Shown: positions 32,376-40,900 of the stretch, one piece after another
How positions within the stretch are numbered: position 1 is the stretch's first letter
Layout: each line of letters begins with the position of its first letter
Made by a program: the position numbers and the translations under genes
Assembly: GCA_964353555.1 (NCBI GenBank)
Contig: CAYGWM010000002.1
Span: 34,379-98,378 of the forward strand
Source: an uncultured Spirochaetales bacterium
Lineage (GTDB): Bacteria; Myxococcota_A; UBA9160; PR03
Reading direction: 5' to 3'
DNA length: 64,000 nt
The notes under the pieces: model-generated
Told to the model about the DNA's origin: nothing
The model's database searches: none
Seen by the model: only the letters and a program-made list of their open reading frames with translations

Positions 32376-33814
32376 CCACTGCGCGCGCGCTCGACCGCGC
32401 GCTGCCACGAAACGCGCCAATCAGCGCGCTCCGCGTCGTCCATCTGCGGCGCGATCTTCTCCGGCGCAGCAGCGGTCGCCACCGCTTCTTCTGCGCTGCG
32501 CCATACGCCCACGGCGATCCCCGCGAGATACGCCGCGCCGAGCGCCGTCGTCTCGGTCTCGGCCGCGCGCCACACCTCGCGTCCGAGCGCATCCGCGAGC
32601 GACGCGACGAAGGCGTCGCTGCGCGAAAGGCCGCCGTCGACGCGCAGCGGTCCGGGCGGAAGCGCCAACGCGCCGCAGACATCTGCGCAGCGCTGCGCGA
32701 TGCCCTCGATCATCGCCCGCACCACGTGCTCGGTGCGCGAGCCGCGCGAGAGGCCGAGCAAGATCGCGCGGGCGCCGTCTTCGAGCCAAGGTGTGCCGAG
32801 CCCTTGCAGTGCGGGCACGCAGACGACGCCTTCCGACGTCGGTGCGCGCGCCGCGACGCGATCGAGGTCGCTCGCGCTCGCCAGCAGACCGAGATCGACG
32901 AGCCACTCGATCGCGGCGCCCGCGGTGATCACCGTGCCTTCGAGACAGAACGCGCGTGGCCCGGCCTCGAGTTCCCAGAGCGCCAGCGGATAGGATCCGC
33001 GCGGGGCACGCGCCGGCGTGTCGCCGGTGTGGAGGTCGAGCATCGCCGAGGTGCCGAGCGTCAGCTTGGCGGAGCCGACCGAGAGGGCACCCTGCGCGAA
33101 GGTCGCGGCCTGTTGATCGCCAGCGCGCGCGGCGATCGGCACACGCGCGCCGAGCCAGCCTCGCGGCGTTTCGCCGACCACCGCATTGGTGGACACCACG
33201 GCAGGCAGCCAGCTGCGGTCGATTCCGAAGCACGCGAGCGCCGGCTCCGACCACGCACCGCTTCGCAAGTCGTAGAGACCGGTGCAGCAGGCCTGGCTCG
33301 CGTCGGTCGCGAACGCGCCGCCGCCGGTGAGGCGATCGGTGAGCCAGACGTCCGGCGTTCCCAAGCGGAGCCGACCGTCCCGAGCGGCCGCGCTCAGGCC
33401 CGCTTCGTGGTGGAGGAGCCACTCGAACTTCGTCGCGGAAGCCAGCGTCGTCACAGGGATTCCGCTGGCGACCAGATCCCGCACGCGGGGTCCGGTGCGC
33501 TGATCCTGCCAGCCGATCGCCGGGGCCAGCGGGGTGCCGCGTTCGGCGTCCCAGGCGAGCGCCGTCGAGCGCTGGGTCACGACACCGATCGCGGCCAGAT
33601 CGCGCGCGGTGAGCCGCGCCTCCGCGAGAGCCGCGCGCACCGCCTCGCCGCTGCGCGTCCAGTACGCGGCGGGATCCTGCTCGATCCAGCCGGGCTGCGG
33701 AAAGCGCGACGCGAGTGGGCGCCACGCACGCGCGCGGACCGCGCCATCGCCGCCGACCACCAGCGCGCGCACGCCGGTCGTGCCGAGATCGAGCGCGAGG
33801 ACGTGCTCGGCCAT
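32372..33814 (-). CDS. FGGY-family carbohydrate kinase (glycerol kinase-like)
   Basis: HVLALDLGTTGVRALVV..FPQPGWIEQDP..YW (FGGY N-domain), and GTSAMLDLHTG with a C-terminal FGGY_C (VDGGLSRSD). It is the last gene of the glpD operon. Confidence 0.78.
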   Translation of the reverse strand: MAEHVLALDLGTTGVRALVVGGDGAVRARAWRPLASRFPQPGWIEQDPAAYWTRSGEAVRAALAEARLTARDLAAIGVVTQRSTALAWDAERGTPLAPAIGWQDQRTGPRVRDLVASGIPVTTLASATKFEWLLHHEAGLSAAARDGRLRLGTPDVWLTDRLTGGGAFATDASQACCTGLYDLRSGAWSEPALACFGIDRSWLPAVVSTNAVVGETPRGWLGARVPIAARAGDQQAATFAQGALSVGSAKLTLGTSAMLDLHTGDTPARAPRGSYPLALWELEAGPRAFCLEGTVITAGAAIEWLVDLGLLASASDLDRVAARAPTSEGVVCVPALQGLGTPWLEDGARAILLGLSRGSRTEHVVRAMIEGIAQRCADVCGALALPPGPLRVDGGLSRSDAFVASLADALGREVWRAAETETTALGAAYLAGIAVGVWRSAEEAVATAAAPEKIAPQMDDAERADWRVSWQRAVERARSG

Positions 33815-33822
33815 GCCGTTCG

Positions 33823-35217
33823 CTACGGGATCAGGTTGCCGGGGTTCAGCAGAGCGGCGGGATCGAGCGCGTGTTTCAGCGCACGCAGAACGGTGACGCC
33901 CGTCTCGCCGATTTCAGCGGCGAGCCACGGACGTCGCACGCGGCCGATGCCGTGGTGATGCGCGATGCCGCCCCCGGCGGCAAGCGTTGCTTCCATCGCG
34001 GCGCGCCAACAGGCGGAGTAGCTGTCGCGCAGTCGCGCGGGGTCGTCGGGCTTCGCCGCGAAGGAGAAGTAGAGGCAGGTGCCGGATCGATAGCTGTGGC
34101 TCGAATGCGCGGTCGCCGAGAGGACACCCGGCACGCGCGAGAGCGCATCGACGACGCCCCGGTAGAGCGCGTCGACGCGGCTCCAGGTAGCGGCCACTTC
34201 GATCGTATCGACCACCACTCCCTGTTCCAGGAAGCTGCGAAAGCTGGGCACCCGGTTGCGATGCCCCATCCATTGATCGACCGCGGCCGCGTCGGCCTCG
34301 ATGCCGCCCGACTCGCGACACAGACGTGCTAGCGCTTCCGCCTCCGCGGTGACGGCGCTCGCCGGCCCTTCGTGCAGCAGCAGCAGCAGCGCGCGGTCCC
34401 GCGGCACGAAGTCGCGGAAGTTGCGGCGCGACTCGCGCGCGTCGTAGAGACGTGCGACCGCTGGGCGAAAGCCGGCGCGCAGCGCACGCCGGATCGGCTC
34501 GAGCCCGGCCCGGAAGCCATCGAAGTGGAACGCCTGGCGGTGCGTGGTCTCGGCGCGGGGCCGCACCGAGAAGGTCACTTCGGTGACGATGCCGAGCGTA
34601 CCCTCGGAGCCGAGGAAGAGCTGGCGCAAGTCGGGGCCGGCCGCGGCGCGCGGCGTTTCGCGCGTGCGCAACACCGATCCGTCGCCCAGCACGACCTCGA
34701 GCGCGAGCACCAGATCCTCGATGCTGCCGTTCGCCGTCGAGAACTGTCCCGACGCACGCGTCGCGACCCAGCCGCCGACGGTCGAGATCTCGATCGACTG
34801 CGGCCAGTGGCCGAGCGTGAGTTCGTGCAGATTGAGCGCGCGCTCGGCTTCGATCCCCATCGTGCCGGCGCCGAAGACGGCGAGAAGATCTTCGCTGTCG
34901 ACGCGGCGCAGGCCGTCGAGTCGGCGCGTCGAGAGCGCGACGCTGCGTGCGTCCGGCGCGATCGCACCGCACACGCCCGAGCCCGCGCCGATCGGAACGA
35001 CGGCGACACCGAGCGAGCGACACAGCGCGAGCGAGCGTGAAACGGCCGCTGTCGAGGCCGGCTCGAGGACGGCCAGCGGCATCGCGCGCGGCGCGTTTTC
35101 GAATGCGTCCAGTTCGGCCATCACCCAGGCGTCGCGGTCATGGGCGGCGCGTGTCTCAGCGTCGCTGCGCACGGCGTCGCCGAGTTCCCGGCGCAGGGTT
35201 TCCAGCACGTCGGTCAC
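33823..35217 (-). CDS. FAD-linked oxidase (FAD_binding_4 / FAD-oxidase_C; GlcD or alkyl-DHAP-synthase-like)
   Basis: VVPIGAGSGVCGAI..GAGTMG..LTLGHWPQS....VGGWVATRASGQFS..GSIEDLVLALEVVL.DG.. and C-terminal HHHGIGR. GTG start overlaps the glpD stop (GTGA). Confidence 0.82.
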   Translation of the reverse strand: MTDVLETLRRELGDAVRSDAETRAAHDRDAWVMAELDAFENAPRAMPLAVLEPASTAAVSRSLALCRSLGVAVVPIGAGSGVCGAIAPDARSVALSTRRLDGLRRVDSEDLLAVFGAGTMGIEAERALNLHELTLGHWPQSIEISTVGGWVATRASGQFSTANGSIEDLVLALEVVLGDGSVLRTRETPRAAAGPDLRQLFLGSEGTLGIVTEVTFSVRPRAETTHRQAFHFDGFRAGLEPIRRALRAGFRPAVARLYDARESRRNFRDFVPRDRALLLLLHEGPASAVTAEAEALARLCRESGGIEADAAAVDQWMGHRNRVPSFRSFLEQGVVVDTIEVAATWSRVDALYRGVVDALSRVPGVLSATAHSSHSYRSGTCLYFSFAAKPDDPARLRDSYSACWRAAMEATLAAGGGIAHHHGIGRVRRPWLAAEIGETGVTVLRALKHALDPAALLNPGNLIP

Positions 35218-36866
35218 GGTTGTGTCTCCTCACGGAAGGCCAGATCGGCGGCGAGCCGTTCGCGCACCGCGCGCGTCTGTTCGGTGGTGCGTTCGGCGCT
35301 CCAACCGAGACGCAAAGCCATGCGTTGCGCGACCGGTTCGGCGAGCGCCGCGCGCGCGTCGGGATCGTAGAGCGCGGCGCGCGTGCGGCGATACACGACG
35401 TCGAGCGCGTCGAGTGCGCCTTCGACGTCGATCGCCCATTCGACTTCACCTTCGAGCACCGCGGCGCCCGGCACGAGCGGCTTGCGACCGCGCGCGATCA
35501 CGGCTTCGGACTCGGTGCCGTAGAGCCGCACCAGTCTCGCGGCGATATGCGCTTCGACGCCGCTCGCGCGCGCAACCCGTGCTGCGAGCGCATCGAGGTC
35601 GCCGTCGAAGTCACCGCCCGGGAGCGGCATGTCTTCGTCATGCCCAGGCGCGAGCGAGCGGCCCAGCACTTCGGCGACGCGCGCCAACACGTCGACGCCC
35701 ATTTTGCGGTAACCGGTGAGCTTGCCGCCGGCGATCGTGACGACCCCGCTCGGGCTCAGGGCGATCTCGTCGCGCCGCGACAGCTCGGCCGGCGCCTTGC
35801 CCGGCTCGGCGAGTAGCGGGCGCAGTCCAGCCCATGCCGTCACGCAATCGGCGAGATGAAGCGGATCGGTGTCGAAGTAGCGCGGCACCGGCTCGAGCAG
35901 ATACTCGACCTCGTCGCGCAGCACCGGCGGCTCCGGATCGGCGCCGTGTTCGTAGCTGGTGTCGGTGGTGCCGAGGTAGACGACGTCGCCACGCGGGATC
36001 GCGAAGATCGAACGCTTGTCCGCCGTGCCGAGGATCGCGATCTGGCGCAGCGGCAGCCGCGAAGAAGACACCGCCACGTGTACGCCCTTCGACAAGTGCA
36101 GCCACGGCAGCGCCGCCGGCTCTTCGAGCCGGCGAACGGCTTCGACCCAGGGACCCGCCGCGTTGACGACGCAGCGCGCACGCACGCGCACGCTGCGACC
36201 GCTGCCGCTGCAGCGCGCGACGACCCCCGTGGCGTGACCGGCTTCGACCGTGATGTCGTTCACCGGTACGTGGTTCAGCGCCACCGCGCCGCGCCGCACG
36301 GCATCGCGCAGATTCGCGAGCACCAGCCGCGCGTCGTCGGTCAGATACTCGCGGTAGACGCAGGCGTAGCGAAAACGATCGCGTCGCAGCATCGGTTCTT
36401 CGCGCGCGAGATCGGCGGCGTTCCAGTTGTGGTGGCGATCCGGCTCTTCTACGGCGCCGAGCTTTTCGTAGCTGGCGAGGCCAGCGCGGAACTTCAGCAG
36501 TCCAGCGTACGATCGCGCGGGAACGAGCATCCAGCGGCGTTCGGCGAGATGCGGCGCGAGCGCGAAGACGCGCTTGCGCTCGAGCGCGGTGTCGCGCACC
36601 AGCGCGATGTCGCCCATCGCGAGGTAGCGCAGACCGCCGTGGATCAGCTTGGACGAGCGGCTCGAGGTGCCCGACGCGAAGTCGCGCGCTTCGAGCAGCG
36701 CGACGCGCAGACCGCGCAGCGCGGCTTCGCGCGCCACACCCGCGCCGGTGATGCCTCCCCCGACGACCACACAGTCGAAGTGTTCGCGCTCCAGCGCATC
36801 GAGCGTGCGCGCGCGGTCCGGCGTTGCGAGCGCTGCAAGCGTGGAGGGCGGCATCGGCGCGGGCAT
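35214..36866 (-). CDS. glpD: FAD-dependent glycerol-3-phosphate dehydrogenase
   Basis: FDCVVVGGGITGAGVAREAALRGLRVALLEARDFASGTSSRSSKLIHGGLRYL, with a GlpD C-terminal helical domain. Start re-set to ATG 36866 (MPAPMPPS). The track ORF extends to 36977. Confidence 0.9.
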   Translation of the reverse strand: MPAPMPPSTLAALATPDRARTLDALEREHFDCVVVGGGITGAGVAREAALRGLRVALLEARDFASGTSSRSSKLIHGGLRYLAMGDIALVRDTALERKRVFALAPHLAERRWMLVPARSYAGLLKFRAGLASYEKLGAVEEPDRHHNWNAADLAREEPMLRRDRFRYACVYREYLTDDARLVLANLRDAVRRGAVALNHVPVNDITVEAGHATGVVARCSGSGRSVRVRARCVVNAAGPWVEAVRRLEEPAALPWLHLSKGVHVAVSSSRLPLRQIAILGTADKRSIFAIPRGDVVYLGTTDTSYEHGADPEPPVLRDEVEYLLEPVPRYFDTDPLHLADCVTAWAGLRPLLAEPGKAPAELSRRDEIALSPSGVVTIAGGKLTGYRKMGVDVLARVAEVLGRSLAPGHDEDMPLPGGDFDGDLDALAARVARASGVEAHIAARLVRLYGTESEAVIARGRKPLVPGAAVLEGEVEWAIDVEGALDALDVVYRRTRAALYDPDARAALAEPVAQRMALRLGWSAERTTEQTRAVRERLAADLAFREETQP

Positions 36867-36937
36867 CCTATCAGAACGCGGCGCAGGCCCCGGTTGCCGC
36901 TCGCAGAGCCGGCGATGTGGCCTAGTCTCCGCCCGCC

Positions 36938-38578
36938 GTGATCGAAGCAACCAACGTCCCCAACGCAACTGACGCAACGAGTGTCCCTGGCGATCTTGCG
37001 ATCGGTGCGTTTTCTGAGCATGGGCCGTGGCGGGTCGAACCCGAGCGCATGGCGTGGCGTCGGGGCGTCGATGCGCTGCGGGCGGCGAGCCAGGCGCAGG
37101 TGCCGGACTGGGTGCGGCGGCGGCGGCTTCCGCCGGTGCGGCGCTTCCTGCGCGCGGGCACGCTGGTCGGTAGCGCCGTCGCGATGTGGTGGCTCTTCGA
37201 TAAACGCCGAGGGCCCGAGGCGTCGCGTCCAGGTCTGTCGCGCCGGCTGCGGATCGCGTTCGAGAAACTCGGCTCTTCGTACATCAAGCTCGCGCAGATC
37301 GTGTCGTCGGGGCAGGGCATCTTCCCTGACGAACTCGTCGCGGAGTTCAAGATCTGCCGCGACCGGGTGCCGCCGGAGCCGTTCTCGCACGTGCGCGAGG
37401 TCGTCGAGCAAGAGCTGGGCGCGTCGCTCGAATCGGTGTTCGCGCGCTTCGAACCGACACCGCTCGCCTCCGCATCGATTGCGCAGGTGCACGCGGCGCA
37501 GCTTCGCAGCGGTGAGGAAGTCGTCGTGAAGGTGCAGCGGCCGCAGGTCGCGACGCTGGTGCGCCAGGATGTGGCGGCGATGGCGTGGATCGCGCCGTAT
37601 CTGGTCGGGCGGATCCCGGTCGCGGCGCTCGCGAATCCGCCTGCGCTGGTCGAGCTCTTCGCCGAGACGATCTCCGAGGAACTCGACTTCCGGCTCGAAG
37701 GCCAGAACATGCTCGACATCGCGCACGTGCTGCGCGACGCCGGCCAGACGCTGATCGTCGTGCCGCGGCCGCATCCCGAGCTCGTTACGCGGCGTCTGCT
37801 CGTGATGGAGCGTCTCGACGGCTTCCACGCCGACGACATCGACGGCATGCGCGCCGCGGGCATCGACACCGCCGCGGTGTTGCGCTCGCTGATGATCGCG
37901 TTCCTCGAGGGCGCGATGATCTACGGCGTCTTCCACGGCGATCTGCACGGCGGCAATCTGGTCGTGATGCGCGACGGCCGCGTGGGCCTCTTCGACTACG
38001 GCATGACCGGCCGGATGGCCGAGCCGCAGCGACTCGCCTTCCTGCGCATGATGATGACCGGCGCGGCGAACGACGTGCGCGGCCAGCTCGCCGCATTCCG
38101 CGATCTCGGCGCACTGGCGCCCGATGCGGACCTCGACGAGTTGATGCGGATCCTGAAAATCGACCAGCCGGTGCGGGATCCGACCAAGATGGGCAGCGAG
38201 GAATTGCTCGCGGAGATCCAGCAGGTGCTGCGCGGGCTGCTGAAGCACGGTGCGCGGATGCCCAAGCACCTGATGCTCTACGTGAAGAACATGCTCTTCA
38301 TCGACGGATCGATCGGCCGCTACGCACCGGACGTAAACCTGTTCGGCGAGCTGGCGAAGATCTACGGCTACTTCGCCGAGAAGCACGGCGCGCGCATCCT
38401 GCGCGACATCGGCTTCGACCCGAGCCGCCAGGCGCTCGACCTCACCGGCGTGCGCGCGGGCCTCGGAATCGAAGGTGAGGTCGACTCGCTGACGCCAGAG
38501 GAACTCCAGGCGCGCCGCGACACGATGCGCAAAAAGCTCGAAGAGGTCAGGCCACAGTTCCGGATTCGGTCCGAGTAG
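36938..38578 (+). CDS. ABC1/UbiB-family atypical protein kinase
   Basis: FEKLGSSYIKLAQIVSS..GIFPDELVAEF..D.VPP.PF..V..VVEQELG..F..F...PLASASIAQVHAA.L.SGEEVVVKVQRP..HGDLHGGNL. The true start is probably ATG 37049 (MAWRRG). The first 37 codons of the track ORF are encoded by the repeat element. Confidence 0.88.
   Translation: MIEATNVPNATDATSVPGDLAIGAFSEHGPWRVEPERMAWRRGVDALRAASQAQVPDWVRRRRLPPVRRFLRAGTLVGSAVAMWWLFDKRRGPEASRPGLSRRLRIAFEKLGSSYIKLAQIVSSGQGIFPDELVAEFKICRDRVPPEPFSHVREVVEQELGASLESVFARFEPTPLASASIAQVHAAQLRSGEEVVVKVQRPQVATLVRQDVAAMAWIAPYLVGRIPVAALANPPALVELFAETISEELDFRLEGQNMLDIAHVLRDAGQTLIVVPRPHPELVTRRLLVMERLDGFHADDIDGMRAAGIDTAAVLRSLMIAFLEGAMIYGVFHGDLHGGNLVVMRDGRVGLFDYGMTGRMAEPQRLAFLRMMMTGAANDVRGQLAAFRDLGALAPDADLDELMRILKIDQPVRDPTKMGSEELLAEIQQVLRGLLKHGARMPKHLMLYVKNMLFIDGSIGRYAPDVNLFGELAKIYGYFAEKHGARILRDIGFDPSRQALDLTGVRAGLGIEGEVDSLTPEELQARRDTMRKKLEEVRPQFRIRSE
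36941..36992 (+). repeat. Single-arm copy of the GTTGCG/GGGGACGTT repeat element
   Basis: An ungapped hand alignment of 36941-36992 with 44022-44073 gives 45 of 52 identical positions (core AACGTCCCCAACGCAAC..CGCAACGAGTGTCCC). I found no matching inverted partner within about 100 nt. Confidence 0.75.
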
Positions 38579-38632
38579 CGGCGCGCGAGCTGTGCGTGGC
38601 GGTGTCGAGCGCGGCGCGTGCAGCTTCCCCGC

Positions 38633-38914
38633 TCACCATCTGGCGAGCCACTCGGCGGGCGTGCGCAACGCGGGATCGTGGCGCGCGACGCTGCGGAGCA
38701 GATCGCGCGCCTGACGCGGCGCCAGCGCGAGTTCGTGCTCGCGCAAAAAGGCGTCCAGATGGTCGCGGCAGAACGCCACGACGTCGCGCTGCGACAGCCG
38801 GTCGGCGTCCATGCCCAGTTCGCGAAGGCGCAGCCAGAGAGCATAGCGCGGCGCCAGGCGACCGATTCGCACGGAGATTTCCTCGAACAGATGATCGAAT
38901 CGGCCACGCAGCAA
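38633..38914 (-). CDS. Hypothetical 93-aa cytoplasmic protein
   Basis: Balanced, non-low-complexity composition (MLRGRFDHLFEEISVRIGRLAPRYALWLRLRELGMDADRLSQRDVVAFCRDHLDAFL...). Same strand as the MutS-like gene and 80 nt downstream of it. No family recognised. Confidence 0.5.
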   Translation of the reverse strand: MLRGRFDHLFEEISVRIGRLAPRYALWLRLRELGMDADRLSQRDVVAFCRDHLDAFLREHELALAPRQARDLLRSVARHDPALRTPAEWLARW

Positions 38915-38994
38915 CGGCGCATGCCTCCCACTCTACGATGTGGCAGGTGGTCCGGATGCGTGGCAGCGCCGTCATCCCCAGAACGGAGGATGCT

Positions 38995-40806
38995 TCAGAC
39001 TTCTAGCCCGACCGCGCGCATCAGCGCGAGCGCGTTGCTGCGCGTCACGACGCCCGGTCGCATCCGGTAGTCGAAGTGCATCACGCCGTCCTGGACCTGA
39101 TCCTCGAAGTGCACATTGGCTGCGCGCGCGCCGAGCTCGTCGGCGATCTTCGCGAGCGCGAGATCGTGCGTGGTGACGAGTCCGAGCGCGCCGCGCGCAA
39201 CCAGGTTTCGCACCACGGCTTCCGCGCCGATGCGCCGGTCGTGCGAGTTGGTGCCGTGCAGGATCTCGTCGAGCAGGAATAGCACGGGGATCTTGCCGGT
39301 GATCAATTCCACCACCTGGCGCAAGCGGCGGATCTCCGCGTAGAAGTGCGAATGGCCGTCCTTCAGCGAGTCGAACACGCGCAGCGACGCACCGACCGCG
39401 AGCGGCGACAGCAGCAGCGATTGCGCCCGCACCGGCGCGCCCGCCTGTGCCAGCACCGTCGCAACGCCGACGCTGCGCAGCAGTGTGCTCTTGCCGGACA
39501 TGTTCGATCCGCTCACCAGCAACAGGCGCGGCGCATCGCCGAGCCGCACGTCGTTGCGCACGCAACGCGACTCGGGCAGCAGCGGATGGCCGAGTGCCTC
39601 GGCTTCGAAGCGGGGCGGTCCGTCGCAAAGCTCCGGGAATACATCATTCGGATGTTCGTGGGCGTGGGTGGCGAGCGACGCGAGTGCCTCGAACTCGGCG
39701 GTCGCGTCGATCCACGCGCGCAGCACCGGGCCACAGCGCGCGCGCCAGGCGTCGATCGCCAGCGCAACCTGCGTGGTGAAGAACAGCGCTGCGCCGATCG
39801 GCGCGAACAATTGATTGCGACGCGCGTCGAGCACTTCGACGAGCCGTCCGAGCCGCGCGATCTCGCGGGATGCGGGAACGCCTGCGGTCGCGATTGCGCT
39901 GCGCAGCGTGACGAGGCGCGGCGACTCGAAGCGCTGCGACTCGAGCACTGCGAGCAATCGCGCGAGCAGCGCGAGATCGCGGGCCGGCGCTTCGGTTTCG
40001 GCGATCGCGCGCCGCACGCGCCGTCGCTGTGTTGCGGCGACGAAGGCGCCGATCGCCAGCACGGCGAGCCACGGGATCAGCAGCGGCGCGCCCGCGAGCG
40101 TTCCGGCGATCAGCGCCGCCGAGAGCAGCGCGAGCGCAACGAGCGCGATGCGCAGCGCCGGAGCGGGTGCGGCGGGCGCCGATTCGCCCCACCGCATCAA
40201 CGCGTCGGCATGCAGGCCGGTTGCGACCGAATCGCCGACCAGCGCCAGCGACTCGCGTAGCGCGAGCGCCGGAGCGAGCTCCGCGACCGCATGCTGGCGG
40301 CCACGCACTTCGTCGCTGGGCGCCGGGGCGAGTAGCCATCCGGCGAGCGTGGCCTCGCCCGCCGCGGTGCGCGCGCGGCACAGCAGATCGAAGAGACCCG
40401 CCTCGCCGAAGAGGTCGAGGTCGTCGGCGTACGGATGCTCGGGATCGCGAAAGCGCTCGCCGCTCGGACCCCGACCCGCGAACTTCGCGTCGAGTCGCGC
40501 GACGCCGTCTTCGTAGTAGCGGACCGAATGCTCGCGCGCGTCGCGGCGGCGCAGCACGCGGTCGTGCAGGGCGACGAGCGCCGCGAAGCCCAGCGCGGGC
40601 ACGAGCAGCCAGCGCGGATCGAGTCGCTTCGCGCCGAGCGCAACGCCGGCGAGCACGACGCCGAGCGCGAACACCGCGAGGCGCGCCTGCGAGATGCGTG
40701 TCGCGAGCCGGCGTGCCGCGGTCGCGTCGGTGCGGCGCGCAGCCAGACGTTGCTCGTACTCGGCGCGCACCTGCGCTTCGGCATCGGGAGCAGCGGCGTT
40801 GGGCAT
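38995..40806 (-). CDS. Membrane-anchored MutS-domain-V ATPase (MutS-related, no mismatch-binding domain)
   Basis: The C-terminus has LLLVSGSNMSGKSTLLRSVG (Walker A), LFLLDEILHGTNSHDR (Walker B/MutS signature) and TTHDLAL. The N-terminal 350 aa contain at least 4 hydrophobic helices (RLAVFALGVVLAGVALGA, WLLVPALGFAALVAL, IALVALALLSAALIAGTLAGAPLLIPWLAVLAIGAFVA, LFAPIGAALFFTTQVALAI). Start re-set to ATG 40806. Confidence 0.8.
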   Translation of the reverse strand: MPNAAAPDAEAQVRAEYEQRLAARRTDATAARRLATRISQARLAVFALGVVLAGVALGAKRLDPRWLLVPALGFAALVALHDRVLRRRDAREHSVRYYEDGVARLDAKFAGRGPSGERFRDPEHPYADDLDLFGEAGLFDLLCRARTAAGEATLAGWLLAPAPSDEVRGRQHAVAELAPALALRESLALVGDSVATGLHADALMRWGESAPAAPAPALRIALVALALLSAALIAGTLAGAPLLIPWLAVLAIGAFVAATQRRRVRRAIAETEAPARDLALLARLLAVLESQRFESPRLVTLRSAIATAGVPASREIARLGRLVEVLDARRNQLFAPIGAALFFTTQVALAIDAWRARCGPVLRAWIDATAEFEALASLATHAHEHPNDVFPELCDGPPRFEAEALGHPLLPESRCVRNDVRLGDAPRLLLVSGSNMSGKSTLLRSVGVATVLAQAGAPVRAQSLLLSPLAVGASLRVFDSLKDGHSHFYAEIRRLRQVVELITGKIPVLFLLDEILHGTNSHDRRIGAEAVVRNLVARGALGLVTTHDLALAKIADELGARAANVHFEDQVQDGVMHFDYRMRPGVVTRSNALALMRAVGLEV

Positions 40807-40900
40807 GGCGGCGGAGTCTCCCGAACTCGTCAGGCGCGCGCATCGTCCGGCCGCTGTAGGGAGGACCGGGACGGGGTAGGTTCCAACGCGCGAGGGGGGG

